A stretch of DNA of 64,000 nucleotides from Lingula anatina. Its lineage: Eukaryota > Animalia > Brachiopoda. This document shows positions 42,601-63,947 of the stretch, in pieces (the first letter of the stretch is position 1; each line of letters begins with the position of its first letter). The notes under the pieces are model-generated. The model saw only the letters and a list, made by a program, of their open reading frames with translations. It did no database searches and was not told the DNA's origin. The translations under genes were made by a program, and so were the position numbers. Location of the stretch: NCBI GenBank assembly GCA_051362555.1, contig CM120646.1, forward strand, positions 9,858,001-9,922,000, in the 5' to 3' direction.

Positions 42601-43589
42601 TCTCACTCACCCATGTTGGGTCTAGCTCGGCCTCCTTTAGTGACTGGAAAAAGAAAAAGATTTTTTTGCAAAATTGAAATATGAACATAAATTAAAGTCA
42701 AAATTTCACAAAAGCAGTGCACTCTTCTCTGGCGTATGTCAGGTGCACTGATTGCCTAATCTGTCCTTGTTTGTCACCCATTTCTACCATACTCTACTAC
42801 TCATACAAAAATAACAGTTTCCATAATATCAAGACCAAGCCTGGGGTAGCGCTAACACTCGCCAATTTAGCCAAATGCTAAAACTGACTTAAATTGGCTA
42901 AAGAAAAAGGGCTTGATTTGACATGTTTTAGCCAAATTATAACTATTTTGATAACAAATTGACAAGAATGTGGTGATCTGGCTAAGTGAAAAAAATTGCT
43001 AGCGCTACCCCAGCAAGCTATTAAGTAATTTTTGATCCTGCAGCTCTTATTCAAATCAGCATTTTGTCTCATGATTCGCTCGTCTAAATAAACAACCAAA
43101 AGTTATACTAACAGAGGTAAATAAAGTTTCGGAGATCTATTGCACAACTTTATGAAACGTCAGGTGAATGAAAGATTGATAATAAGATTTTTGTAATGAT
43201 TTGCTGTTTTATCTCTGACAACGTGGGGGCATTATACTGGTAGCTATGAAGATCAGTCCATGTAGCTGTATGTACTTTAATTTATGTATGTTCTGTACGT
43301 CAGCATGAGTAAATGACGAAAATAATTCATGTTTTTATTTGTATCATGTAGCCTGATGTCTGACAAATTGGGGGATGCATGTTGACAGTCTCCAAAAAAC
43401 AAAAAAAAAAAGGAGTGTTGTGCAAGTTTTTGTGTGGCAACAAGAAACAAAATCCTATTTTAGCCATAGTTTGCTCTTATATAATTCATAAGTTTCTATC
43501 CTGGTTTTTCTTACCTCAAAAACTACCTTTAGAGCATCAGTCGGTGCCCCATTGTCCGTCTTCACACATTTCACTTTTAGGTCAGCCAT
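1317..43589 (-). CDS. TOPBP1: DNA topoisomerase II-binding protein 1, spliced gene model (35 coding exons in window, 3' end beyond position 1)
   Basis: GT-AG exons join in consistent phase into 3897 nt with no stop. Motifs match TOPBP1 as I recall it: [15 protein letters not shown] (BRCT0), [17 protein letters not shown] (BRCT1), [17 protein letters not shown] (BRCT2), [15 protein letters not shown] (BRCT3), EIVTNAWL (BRCT4), [16 protein letters not shown] (BRCT5), [20 protein letters not shown] (BRCT6), EPSQ..WDDP (AAD). Confidence 0.96.
1814..1889 (-). CDS. TOPBP1: TOPBP1 coding exon 34 (ATR-activation domain core)
   Basis: tcag|[25 protein letters not shown]|gtatgc. Confidence 0.93.
1932..2003. 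repeat. (CT)n(CA)n microsatellite
   Basis: Directly visible. Confidence 0.95.
2806..2850 (-). CDS. TOPBP1: TOPBP1 coding exon 33
   Basis: acag|[15 protein letters not shown]|gtaagt; 45 nt phase 1-1, supported by splice signals only. Confidence 0.65.
3290..3320. repeat. (TG)n microsatellite
   Basis: Directly visible. Confidence 0.95.
3361..3534. mobile_element. short MITE, CAGGCCC(A/G)TAGC family
   Basis: TIRs CAGTCCTATAGCTAG/CTAGCTACAGGCCTG; interior homologous to copy at 17642-17798. Confidence 0.7.
3690..5580 (-). mobile_element. nested Helentron-type (DINE/HINE-like) elements, ~161-bp-unit family
   Basis: Three terminal hairpins ATGTACAGACAC..GTGTCTGTAC (~4450 truncated, ~5345, ~5550) with adjacent GAC/GCCATC microsatellite; ~3700-4100 duplicated at ~4710-5110; reverse complement of 50.2-54.4 kb repeats. 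Confidence 0.8.
6051..7088. mobile_element. foldback element with ~420-450 bp near-perfect inverted arms
   Basis: 6051-~6500 is the reverse complement of ~6656-7088 with about a dozen mismatches; flanked by AAATTG direct repeat; degenerate relative near 60415. Confidence 0.9.
7107..7199 (-). CDS. TOPBP1: TOPBP1 coding exon 32
   Basis: tcag|[31 protein letters not shown]|gtaaag. Confidence 0.8.
7754..7896. mobile_element. MITE, CAGGGGCGGAT family copy 1
   Basis: TIR CAGGGGCGGAT/ATCCGCCCCTG, ACCTA flanking duplication; homologous to 14660-14824 and 56896-57051. Confidence 0.8.
7973..8013 (-). CDS. TOPBP1: TOPBP1 coding exon 31
   Basis: ccag|[14 protein letters not shown]|gtaagt; phase 2 to 1 bridges the neighbouring exons. 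Confidence 0.82.
9368..9441 (-). CDS. TOPBP1: TOPBP1 coding exon 30 (AAD coiled-coil region)
   Basis: tcag|[24 protein letters not shown]|gtaagt; resembles vertebrate KQLQEIMSAT. Confidence 0.9.
10586..10837 (-). CDS. TOPBP1: TOPBP1 coding exon 29 (Pro-rich/acidic linker; NAGNAG acceptor 10837/10834)
   Basis: tttag|cag [18 protein letters not shown]...[19 protein letters not shown]...FLDEK|gtgaca. Confidence 0.82.
11103..11450 (-). mobile_element. terminal fragment of the HINE-like family
   Basis: AACAAGGCAGCAGAGCTGTCAACTGTACAGA end motif (locally duplicated) plus body homologous to 21.0-21.2 kb and 52.2-52.5 kb. Confidence 0.65.
11834..13500 (+). mobile_element. truncated Harbinger-like DNA transposon with unrelated internal segment
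   Basis: TTA|AGCCTCAGTCACA terminus, CpG-rich, TATAAAAG at ~12198, short basic [28 protein letters not shown] at 12308; subterminal-type block resumes ~13320; no right TIR found. Confidence 0.45.
14214..14416. mobile_element. ~200-bp MITE, TTCCCA(C/G)AGA family copy 1
   Basis: TIR TTCCCACAGATTT/AAATCTGTGGGAA; homologues at 34856-35066 and reversed at ~56027-56228. Confidence 0.8.
14464..14532 (-). CDS. TOPBP1: TOPBP1 coding exon 28 (BRCT6 end)
   Basis: acag|[23 protein letters not shown]|gtaagc. Confidence 0.94.
14660..14824. mobile_element. MITE, CAGGGGCGGAT family copy 2
   Basis: TIRs plus perfect 7-bp duplication AATTACT on both sides. Confidence 0.85.
14929..15219. mobile_element. MITE, CAGGGTTCA family with TTCAAGGACTT subrepeats
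   Basis: CAGGGTTCA...TGAACCCTG termini; second copy 40956-41433. Confidence 0.75.
15297..15432. repeat. ~36-bp degenerate tandem repeat overlapping TOPBP1 exon 27 donor
   Basis: ACCAT(C/G)AACTT(C/A)CCA..CAGCCAGT..GGGG units at 15297, 15333, 15369, ~15398. Confidence 0.7.
15412..15495 (-). CDS. TOPBP1: TOPBP1 coding exon 27 (BRCT6)
   Basis: ttag|[28 protein letters not shown]|gtaagt. Confidence 0.95.
17032..17187 (-). CDS. TOPBP1: TOPBP1 coding exon 26 (BRCT6); alternative in-frame acceptor at 17181
   Basis: gtag|[52 protein letters not shown]|gtaagt. Confidence 0.93.
17642..17798. mobile_element. short MITE, CAGGCCC(A/G)TAGC family copy 2
   Basis: CAGGCCCATAGCCAG/CTGGCTACGGGCCTG TIRs. Confidence 0.8.
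17994..18107 (-). CDS. TOPBP1: TOPBP1 coding exon 25
   Basis: gcag|[38 protein letters not shown]|gttaga. Confidence 0.85.
18489..20983 (-). mobile_element. young Helentron-type (HINE-like) element with internal satellite
   Basis: 15-bp subterminal IR TATTGTACCACCAGC (18524)/GCTGGTGGTACAATA (20968); terminal hairpins; (GCCGGCGGA)n at 20870-20925; splits the host motif GCAGAAAT|..|TGCACAAAATA. Confidence 0.85.
18695..19970. repeat. 146-bp tandem satellite, ~9 copies
   Basis: CCAGTATATGACTT recurs at about 18732, 18877, 19023, 19169, 19315, 19461, 19607, 19753, 19899. Confidence 0.95.
21890..22530 (-). mobile_element. Penelope-like retroelement reverse-transcriptase relic (stops and frameshifts)
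   Basis: Collinear motifs [45 protein letters not shown] (decayed YIDD), [28 protein letters not shown]. Confidence 0.85.
22839..23035 (+). mobile_element. DNA transposon terminal fragment (TTAA-AGGGG start, Kolobok-like)
   Basis: ~190 bp homologous to 59770-59965; superfamily inferred only from terminus. Confidence 0.5.
23952..24038 (-). CDS. TOPBP1: TOPBP1 coding exon 24
   Basis: ttag|[29 protein letters not shown]|gttagt. Confidence 0.85.
24427..24558 (-). CDS. TOPBP1: TOPBP1 coding exon 23
   Basis: ccag|ALKQPRAG...[20 protein letters not shown]|gttaca; conserved TP.KFL...F.PSFD motif. Confidence 0.9.
25671..25707. repeat. (AAAT)n microsatellite
   Basis: Directly visible. Confidence 0.9.
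25965..26314 (-). CDS. TOPBP1: TOPBP1 coding exon 22 (long disordered linker)
   Basis: tcag|[18 protein letters not shown]...[13 protein letters not shown]|gtgagt; 350 nt open, phase-compatible. Confidence 0.85.
26703..26767 (-). CDS. TOPBP1: TOPBP1 coding exon 21 (BRCT5 end)
   Basis: tcag|[21 protein letters not shown]|gttaga. Confidence 0.92.
27076..27204 (-). CDS. TOPBP1: TOPBP1 coding exon 20 (BRCT5)
   Basis: gaag|[42 protein letters not shown]|gtaagt. Confidence 0.94.
28031..28090 (-). CDS. TOPBP1: TOPBP1 coding exon 19 (BRCT5)
   Basis: ccag|[20 protein letters not shown]|gtaagt. Confidence 0.94.
28697..28809 (-). CDS. TOPBP1: TOPBP1 coding exon 18 (BRCT4/5)
   Basis: tcag|[37 protein letters not shown]|gtcagt. 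Confidence 0.94.
29366..29475 (-). CDS. TOPBP1: TOPBP1 coding exon 17 (BRCT4)
   Basis: ccag|[37 protein letters not shown]|gtaagt. Confidence 0.94.
30701..30766 (-). CDS. TOPBP1: candidate in-frame cassette exon of TOPBP1 inside BRCT4
   Basis: cttatttttatcag|[22 protein letters not shown]|gtacat; 66 nt, phase 1-1, matching the flanking intron phase. Confidence 0.45.
31057..31152 (-). CDS. TOPBP1: TOPBP1 coding exon 16 (BRCT4 start)
   Basis: gcag|[32 protein letters not shown]|gtcaat. Confidence 0.93.
32826..33187. mobile_element. MITE with CAGAC(A/G)TGCTGAAA TIRs
   Basis: 14-bp TIR, GGACCGA subrepeats, TAATT on both flanks; partial inverted copy at 62017-62180. Confidence 0.8.
33409..33519 (-). 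CDS. TOPBP1: TOPBP1 coding exon 15
   Basis: taag|[37 protein letters not shown]|gtttgg; phase 1-1 acidic linker. Confidence 0.75.
33575..33747. mobile_element. PIF/Harbinger-type MITE
   Basis: ~45-bp TIR GGCTGCACTCAGAACAGTGGACTAACTAGTCC..GGTCAAATAT; 3-bp TSD AAT. Confidence 0.85.
33943..34052 (-). CDS. TOPBP1: TOPBP1 coding exon 14
   Basis: tcag|[36 protein letters not shown]|gtgagc; resembles vertebrate DEDLLSQY. Confidence 0.85.
34856..35066. mobile_element. ~200-bp MITE, TTCCCA(C/G)AGA family copy 2
   Basis: Collinear with 14214-14416; ends ~10 nt from the exon 13 donor. Confidence 0.8.
35076..35198 (-). CDS. TOPBP1: TOPBP1 coding exon 13 (BRCT3 end)
   Basis: tcag|[41 protein letters not shown]|gtacac. 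Confidence 0.9.
36440..36529 (-). CDS. TOPBP1: TOPBP1 coding exon 12 (BRCT3)
   Basis: tcag|[30 protein letters not shown]|gtacaa. Confidence 0.93.
36590..36644. repeat. (AAAT)n microsatellite
   Basis: Directly visible. Confidence 0.95.
37082..37155 (-). CDS. TOPBP1: TOPBP1 coding exon 11 (BRCT3)
   Basis: tcag|[24 protein letters not shown]|gtatgt. Confidence 0.95.
37943..38148 (-). CDS. TOPBP1: TOPBP1 coding exon 10
   Basis: gcag|[16 protein letters not shown]...GDAFLDGCK|gtaaaa. Confidence 0.92.
38455..38680. repeat. degenerate ~41-bp minisatellite, 5-6 copies
   Basis: CCAC(C/A)CAGTGACATCAC.TAGAGCTATTGG-like unit. Confidence 0.75.
38707..38862 (-). CDS. TOPBP1: TOPBP1 coding exon 9 (BRCT2 end)
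   Basis: ccag|[35 protein letters not shown]...KKTS|gtaagt. Confidence 0.95.
39242..39307 (-). CDS. TOPBP1: TOPBP1 coding exon 8 (BRCT2)
   Basis: tcag|[22 protein letters not shown]|gtaaga. Confidence 0.95.
39515..39642 (-). CDS. TOPBP1: TOPBP1 coding exon 7 (BRCT2 start)
   Basis: ttag|[42 protein letters not shown]|gtaaga. Confidence 0.94.
39631..39793. repeat. 71-bp tandem repeat (2.3 copies) spanning TOPBP1 exon 7 acceptor
   Basis: CCATGACAATA at 39631, 39702, 39773. Confidence 0.92.
39932..40005 (-). CDS. TOPBP1: TOPBP1 coding exon 6
   Basis: ccag|[24 protein letters not shown]|gtgagt. Confidence 0.94.
40268..40375 (-). CDS. TOPBP1: TOPBP1 coding exon 5 (BRCT1)
   Basis: ctag|[36 protein letters not shown]|gtaagt. 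Confidence 0.95.
40832..40918 (-). CDS. TOPBP1: TOPBP1 coding exon 4 (BRCT1 start)
   Basis: ccag|[29 protein letters not shown]|gtatgc. Confidence 0.93.
40956..41433. mobile_element. MITE, CAGGGTTCA family copy 2
   Basis: CTGGGTTCATACAGC...GCTGTATGGACCCTG termini; TTCAAG subrepeats. Confidence 0.7.
41549..41594 (-). CDS. TOPBP1: TOPBP1 coding exon 3
   Basis: atag|[16 protein letters not shown]|gtaaga. Confidence 0.92.
42501..42643 (-). CDS. TOPBP1: TOPBP1 coding exon 2 (BRCT0)
   Basis: ccag|[17 protein letters not shown]...[19 protein letters not shown]|gtaaat. Confidence 0.93.
42841..43013. mobile_element. MITE with CTGGGGTAGCGCTA TIRs
   Basis: Perfect 14-bp TIR; 5-bp duplication CAAGC on both flanks. 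Confidence 0.85.
43515..43589 (-). CDS. TOPBP1: TOPBP1 coding exon 1 (start codon)
   Basis: GCAACC-ATG-G Kozak; [25 protein letters not shown]|gtaaga; acceptor at 43609. Confidence 0.85.
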
Positions 43590-44686
43590 GGTTGCTTCAT
43601 CACGACCACTAAAACATATCAACATTTCACTTTAGGTCAGCCACGGTTACTTCATCACAAGCACACCACGAACTCATTAACACTTGGATTACAATTCAGA
43701 TTGACTGTTTCATGTTCTATAAATTTAAATCAATTTTAATCTTATGTTACGAGAACTGTCTTTGAAATATCATCTACCAAGTGTATAGAAAATCCTACAG
43801 CAAAGTATACTAACTAGTACATATTACATCAAACTATTCAAACTATTTGATCAATGCCACTGAAAAGGTAATTTGCTGCTCCCACTGTCTTTGAAAGCCA
43901 TAAACCTTGTCAATTCCAATGGCAATACCTTTATAAAAGGCACGCTGCATGGGATTTATCTAAAAAAAAATTTTCTGGGAAAAAACTACTGGTGAAACAT
44001 TGCTCTGCCCTAATGGATTCGATGTTTCATATCATTTTAAATTCAATAATTTAGTTCTAAATGACTGGCCTGGACAACATCTGCATTCCTGACCTTCACC
44101 AGGCATTGCACTGATTTTACTTTATAACACAAGAAAACATCATGTGTTTTTTATCATGGCCTTGTGTCATGTATTTCTAATACAAAAGATAACAACTACA
44201 CTAGGCATGTTTCAGATAAACTTTAACTTGAAGGAGTTTATTGTCTTCAAGGTCTGAATTGAGAAACAAAATTTTTTGCAGGATATAAATATGACTGTGG
44301 GGCATTTTCAAATAAGTGCAGTGTACCTTTAACTGTCATTAGTTAACATTAATGGAGCACTCAGCATTGCAAATGTCTTTATTATTGAACACATAATATT
44401 GCAAAACTATGTATGACCAGCCATTGCATATGCCCTGCACTTCACCACTTTGTCAAGAGTTTATGATAATCACCTTCAAAAGTCACACCCCATGGATACC
44501 TCTTCCATTGACTGGGTGTTGACTTAATATTGATAATTAATTAACATCATGATAACAAAAGAAAATATTCACATTCATACCTGGCTTTTTAAAGGGATCC
44601 ATGAAAAACTTCTTCAAATTGTTCAATAACTTCATTTGAAAAACCCCTAAGGACAGCCCCACCCTTAGTGTTACTAAACTTCTGAA

Positions 44687-47150
44687 GGACACATTCTTCC
44701 AGTCGGCATGACGTCACAAGATGGCCGCCACGGCCGGGCTAGGGTAAAACAATCGCCGATTCGGTAAGCCCCATTACTCCCAATGTTAAAATGATCAACT
44801 TTGATTGTCTGTATCTTTCACACCGGTAGATAATTAACCTTGACAACTGTTTAATTTTATCAACATAGGTATTTAGCGTCAAGAAATGGCCATCAAGGAC
44901 CTTTTCTAGCAGTGATGCCGATTTTATCAGCGATTGAAATGCACCTCTCTTACACTGTAATTATATGAGCTGCAGTTACAGTTCTGATTGTTTTTCAGGT
45001 AAGGAGTTGCAATGGCTTTGTTATCGGATGAATCTGTCCACTGACAGCGATTGAACAGAACAGCTTACCTGGATCTTCAAACAATCATAGAGCCCTTTGA
45101 GGTGGTTTAATTGGAAGAAAGTGATCTTATCAGTTGGTGTCATTGTAGCAAATAGAACTAAAACAGATATGATCTTCACAGGTGCTGTTATTGTATTTGT
45201 CTTTGAAAAAAGGGGGCTGAAAGAAAGCTCTAATGACAATTTACTCGTCTGATTTTTACTGAAAGTACATGCCATTTTGAGAATTTTAACAAGTTTTTTC
45301 TAGTAATTTTAAATACCCATATAGCTGCAGACTGAATTGAGATTATGGACAGGAATTAAATTTTTACATACTCAATAAATCATTTAATTATTGTACTATG
45401 AAGTGTGAAAATGGCAATAATGTGCTATTGGAACATATTACTAATACTTTTTCTTCTTGATGTTGCACACTTTCAACAAGAGGATAGAACACAAGAAAGG
45501 CTATCAATGCACATGTGAACTGGAAGAAACAATCAGGTGGAGCTGTTTGCTGAGTTACATCTATTAACCCATGCTTAAGTTTACAGCAATTATAAAAAAA
45601 CACTCAGCAATCAAATCTTCGTTATGGATTTAGTGTTTTTATCCTTTGGACATTACTGTTATGTTTGCTTACAGGTTTTATATCATAAAAGTTCCAATTC
45701 ATTTTTACTATACAAATGTTAATTTTGAATGCAGCTTTACAGAGTATGTCAGGGAATTTTATAACTCCTTTCTTACCTTGTAAATAGAAATAAAATGTAA
45801 ATTAAAAGTCAACAAGTTTTATTGTATCTTTCATTTTGCATTTTGTTTAAGAATTCAAAGTGATTTTTGACAGTTAAATATGCATTCAATTCGGATTTTT
45901 ATAGATCATACTTTATATTAATATTGTGATATTGAGTCTGATTTTCTTAAAATGAAAATGAAATCACTACCTTATAAATTTATATTATTTTCTGAAAAAG
46001 ACACTGAACTTTATTTAGCATCACAGTCAAAAATGATTTGTAGATTTTGACAACTTATAAAGATTTAAGTGAGGCTTTCATTCTAAAATAAAGAAAAATA
46101 GAATATTTAAAGAGCATTATTGTTGTTTTTCAAATTATTTCCAATTATGAAAACTAAGGATAAAAACTTGTAAGCTACCGGTGATTATTATCCCCCCCCT
46201 CCCCCCCTTCCCTTTCCGGTAGCATTATAGCTGAGTGAACTTGGTTAAAACTTTTTGTCTACTTGGATAATTATGAATGAATCAATTTATTCATGAAAAA
46301 TCATTTTGGCAGGCCTCTAATTAATTTTTTTTTACGTTTTTGCAGATATTATAAAAGCTGAAAAAGTATTTCATAGTCTCTTCAAACATAACCCAGACAA
46401 CAGTAGAAAAAGAAATTTAAATGAAAACCACAGCAGTGACAAATTAAAATTCTTTTTAAAAGCACATTAATTGCATTACTTGAGACACCTGCTTTGAACA
46501 CGACAGGTGAGCAATGCTACCCAACCCCCTTTTCTAGCTTATCAAATCTTTCAAATTGAGACCTCTAAAAGCAATATGAATATAATGGTTTTCTTTGTTT
46601 AGATAATGATTTTATCATACAATAATTCTGACTGTATATTAATGAACTGGTACGTATTGGTCATAGTATCCCAGTAGAAAAAAATAGTACACCACTATTG
46701 TTGATAAAGTCGCCACTGACGCTAGAAAATCCCTTTGATGGCCATTTCCCTGAGCTAAATACATAAGTGAATATCAACAAACAGTTGTCACGCGTATTTA
46801 ATCACGAATATACTCAATACAGATGATAAAATATGCCTATTACAACATGTATCTGATGTAAACTGAAATTGCAGCCCGTCAGAGGAGTGTTAAGGTATTA
46901 TCGCTAATAAAATCACCATCAGCTCTAGAAAATCCTCCTGGGACCCATTGACTGAGGCTTAAAACCCAAGTGAATATGACCAAGTGATTGTCACAAGAAA
47001 TTGTCCTCTGGTCTGTTTGATATGAACGATCAAACTTCGCCAATTTAACATTGAGAGTAATGGGCGCAAGCCAATGTTTTACCTAGTCCTAAAATCGAGC
47101 CTCTATCTGGCTTAGGTCATCCGGAAACGGACTGTAAGAATGCACGTCCC
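44687..47150. mobile_element. degenerate ~2.5-kb DNA transposon with long imperfect TIRs, superfamily uncertain
   Basis: Left ~260 bp matches the reverse complement of 46885-47150 in collinear blocks (e.g. CCATTACTCCCAATGTTAAA/TTTAACATTGAGAGTAATGG); extra subterminal copy at ~46700-46795. Confidence 0.7.
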
Positions 47151-47785
47151 TGATGATAAGTTTATCAATCCTCAAGCATTCAAGTGCGTCAGTTTAATGA
47201 GATTGGAATGACAATGTTGTCAATGGGTAGCCATTATATACATGTGACCCTTTGCCAAAACGTGCACAAACCTACACGTGTCTCATTTATCTAAATATTC
47301 TCCTTACTTTTTTTTCATAGAAAATATTATTATATTGCTTTAAAAATATATGCTGAAGCGATAAAGCCACACAACTGACTTATATGCACCAATAAAGAGA
47401 AAAGTGTAAATGTTGAAAGATTTCTTTGGTATGATTGTAGGTCACACTCTTAGCTAGGCCTTTAAAACAATTAAGTTATTTTTAGTGATTACTCTAAACG
47501 TACCAACTACGTTTTAATGAAATAATTCTGATTCTCTCTTTATAGATCCTACATCAAACTAAATAAGAAAATCACAGGATTTATAAATCAGATATTGGTT
47601 TGAATTATAAGCAAAAGACGGAACGGCAAAAGACCTTATTCATTGTGTCGAATGTTCCTGTCGAAACACAAGTGCAGCATCTAAAGTAAACAATCACCTA
47701 TCCCGCATTATTTTTTCAATCTTCAGTAAACTCGATTCTTTTTTCAACCTGAATGATAGTACTTCTCACAATGTACTCAACTTAC

Positions 47786-47860
47786 CACTTCGTCCGATCA
47801 AATTTAGTTTGTTAGCTTCAAGTGGTTAGCTTCGATGTGTATTTACCGCCATTTTTAGGC
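47786..47860 (-). other. TOPBP1: TOPBP1 non-coding exon 1 (5' UTR; 5' boundary approximate)
   Basis: Strong donor GAAGTG|GTAAGT at 47786/47785; YY1-like AAAATGGCGG near presumed TSS; next acceptor TTTTAG at 43609. Confidence 0.6.
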
Positions 47861-48034
47861 CAAGGTCATGTATTTATTTCAATTGTCAAATGTGTTTGAC
47901 AGTGACTATTATAAGTTTTTTTTCTGTTTTCTGTGTCTTAGAGACGATTTTTACTGCAACTTCAAAATAATGGCCCTGTATAAATATTTCTCGATTTCTC
48001 TCGTGTACGAGATTAAACTCCATCTTTGTTTCTT

Positions 48035-48116
48035 CAGGACCGCCTCGCCGCCTTTGTTTGTTTGACACTAAAAATGATGGGATTTCGATAAGAAGCAGAC
48101 TGTCAATCTTAAATCG
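48035..48116 (+). other. SMARCE1: SMARCE1 non-coding exon 1 (5' boundary approximate)
   Basis: Donor AAATCG|GTAAGC at 48116 (possible second donor at 48178); acceptor TTTCTCTCTTTTCAG at 49256. Confidence 0.55.
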
Positions 48117-49285
48117 GTAAGCTGCTCAGAAAATTTTACGTCGAATAATACAAGTCAAGAAATTCTGGTATTCCGAAGGTTGGGTACATGTTTTTTTTTC
48201 TAAACTCTCCCGAGTCCGGAACCCAAAACAAGAAATAACGTTTATGTCTTGCTTGGTAGTGGATTGCAGACCGTACCAAAAACCTGTTACACTACTAGCT
48301 TTCGGGCAAGCAAGGTCTAAAAATTAACTATCCTTTCTGCAATCTTGCCTGATCTTTTGCAGATGAGACTAAGCAGCAGAATTCAAAGTAGGTGTCTGTT
48401 TGGCTCTCAGTTTGTTGAAAATACACCCATCAAAGACTTAAAACTTGAACGGAAAAGAAGCTCCAGTGCATCTTTTGAATGTTGAGGACGTGTTCGGGGT
48501 ACCAACAGGGTATGGGAAAAGCTTGACACATGACAAGCACATGTATTGTGTTGATATCTTCAGGAGCAAATTTTTATCATTTTTTTTTTTTTTTAAGTAG
48601 TTAAGTACAGATACATTTGAAATATCTCTTTTCTTATGTAAATATAATTTATTTTTCAATTAAAGGTACACTTTATTGGTTTGAAAGTCCCTAAAATGCT
48701 TATTTTTCCCATCCACAGCTTCTTGTAAAGCCTAACATAAAAATGATTGAGGGATGAAGTGATACCTCATACTGATTGCTATCTCACCTCATAACAGAAA
48801 GCCATTAAACTGATGTTAAATGCTCAGAGATGCTTAAGCTTAACAATGAAGAATATAAATGCCAATATTTTATATTTTCACGTGGATTTTATTAATCTAT
48901 TATATTTAATGTAAATATGAAATATTATGCGCAGCGCTTCAAATTGGACCTGCATTTTGTCTAGCTTATCACTCGCTTTGCAGAAATGGTTTAATTTTCC
49001 ATGGCAGGAGGTTTCCCGAAACAAAAGGCATAAATATAGTGAATTGACCTATTTGTTTTTATTAGACTGTAAACTATTCTTAATATAGCAAGATGCAAGT
49101 GTATACCATTTTACTGTAGGTGACAAACAATAATTATGTTGTTTATCTGGAAAGATGGTCTCTGCAAGTAAATCCCTGCCATGTTGGTTGGAACATCAGT
49201 AATGTAATGTTCACACACGTTAATTGAAAATAGATAACCTGTTTCTCTCTTTTCAGGAGTGTTGTGAATGACCAAAGAACAAGTA

Positions 49286-63947
<14,662 letters not shown>

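Larger units (their letters stand above)
47786..48116. promoter_or_regulatory. bidirectional promoter shared by TOPBP1 (-) and SMARCE1 (+)
   Basis: Divergent first-exon donors 330 bp apart; local CpG enrichment; YY1-like CCGCCATTTT (47846-47855), CCAAGGTCA (47860-47868), CHR-like TTCAAA (47961-47966), palindrome TCTCGT-GT-ACGAGA (47999-48012). Confidence 0.7.

Noticed and set aside
45021-45275. Minus-strand ORF with AG|GTAAGC donor as an upstream TOPBP1 coding exon
   Set aside because: Lies inside the long-TIR element, no TOPBP1 similarity; ATG 43589 has a good Kozak context at the expected N-terminus and is preceded by its own UTR
47826-47852. uORF MAVNTHRS* in TOPBP1 exon 1
   Set aside because: The ATG is part of the YY1-like motif near the presumed TSS and may not be translated; no independent support
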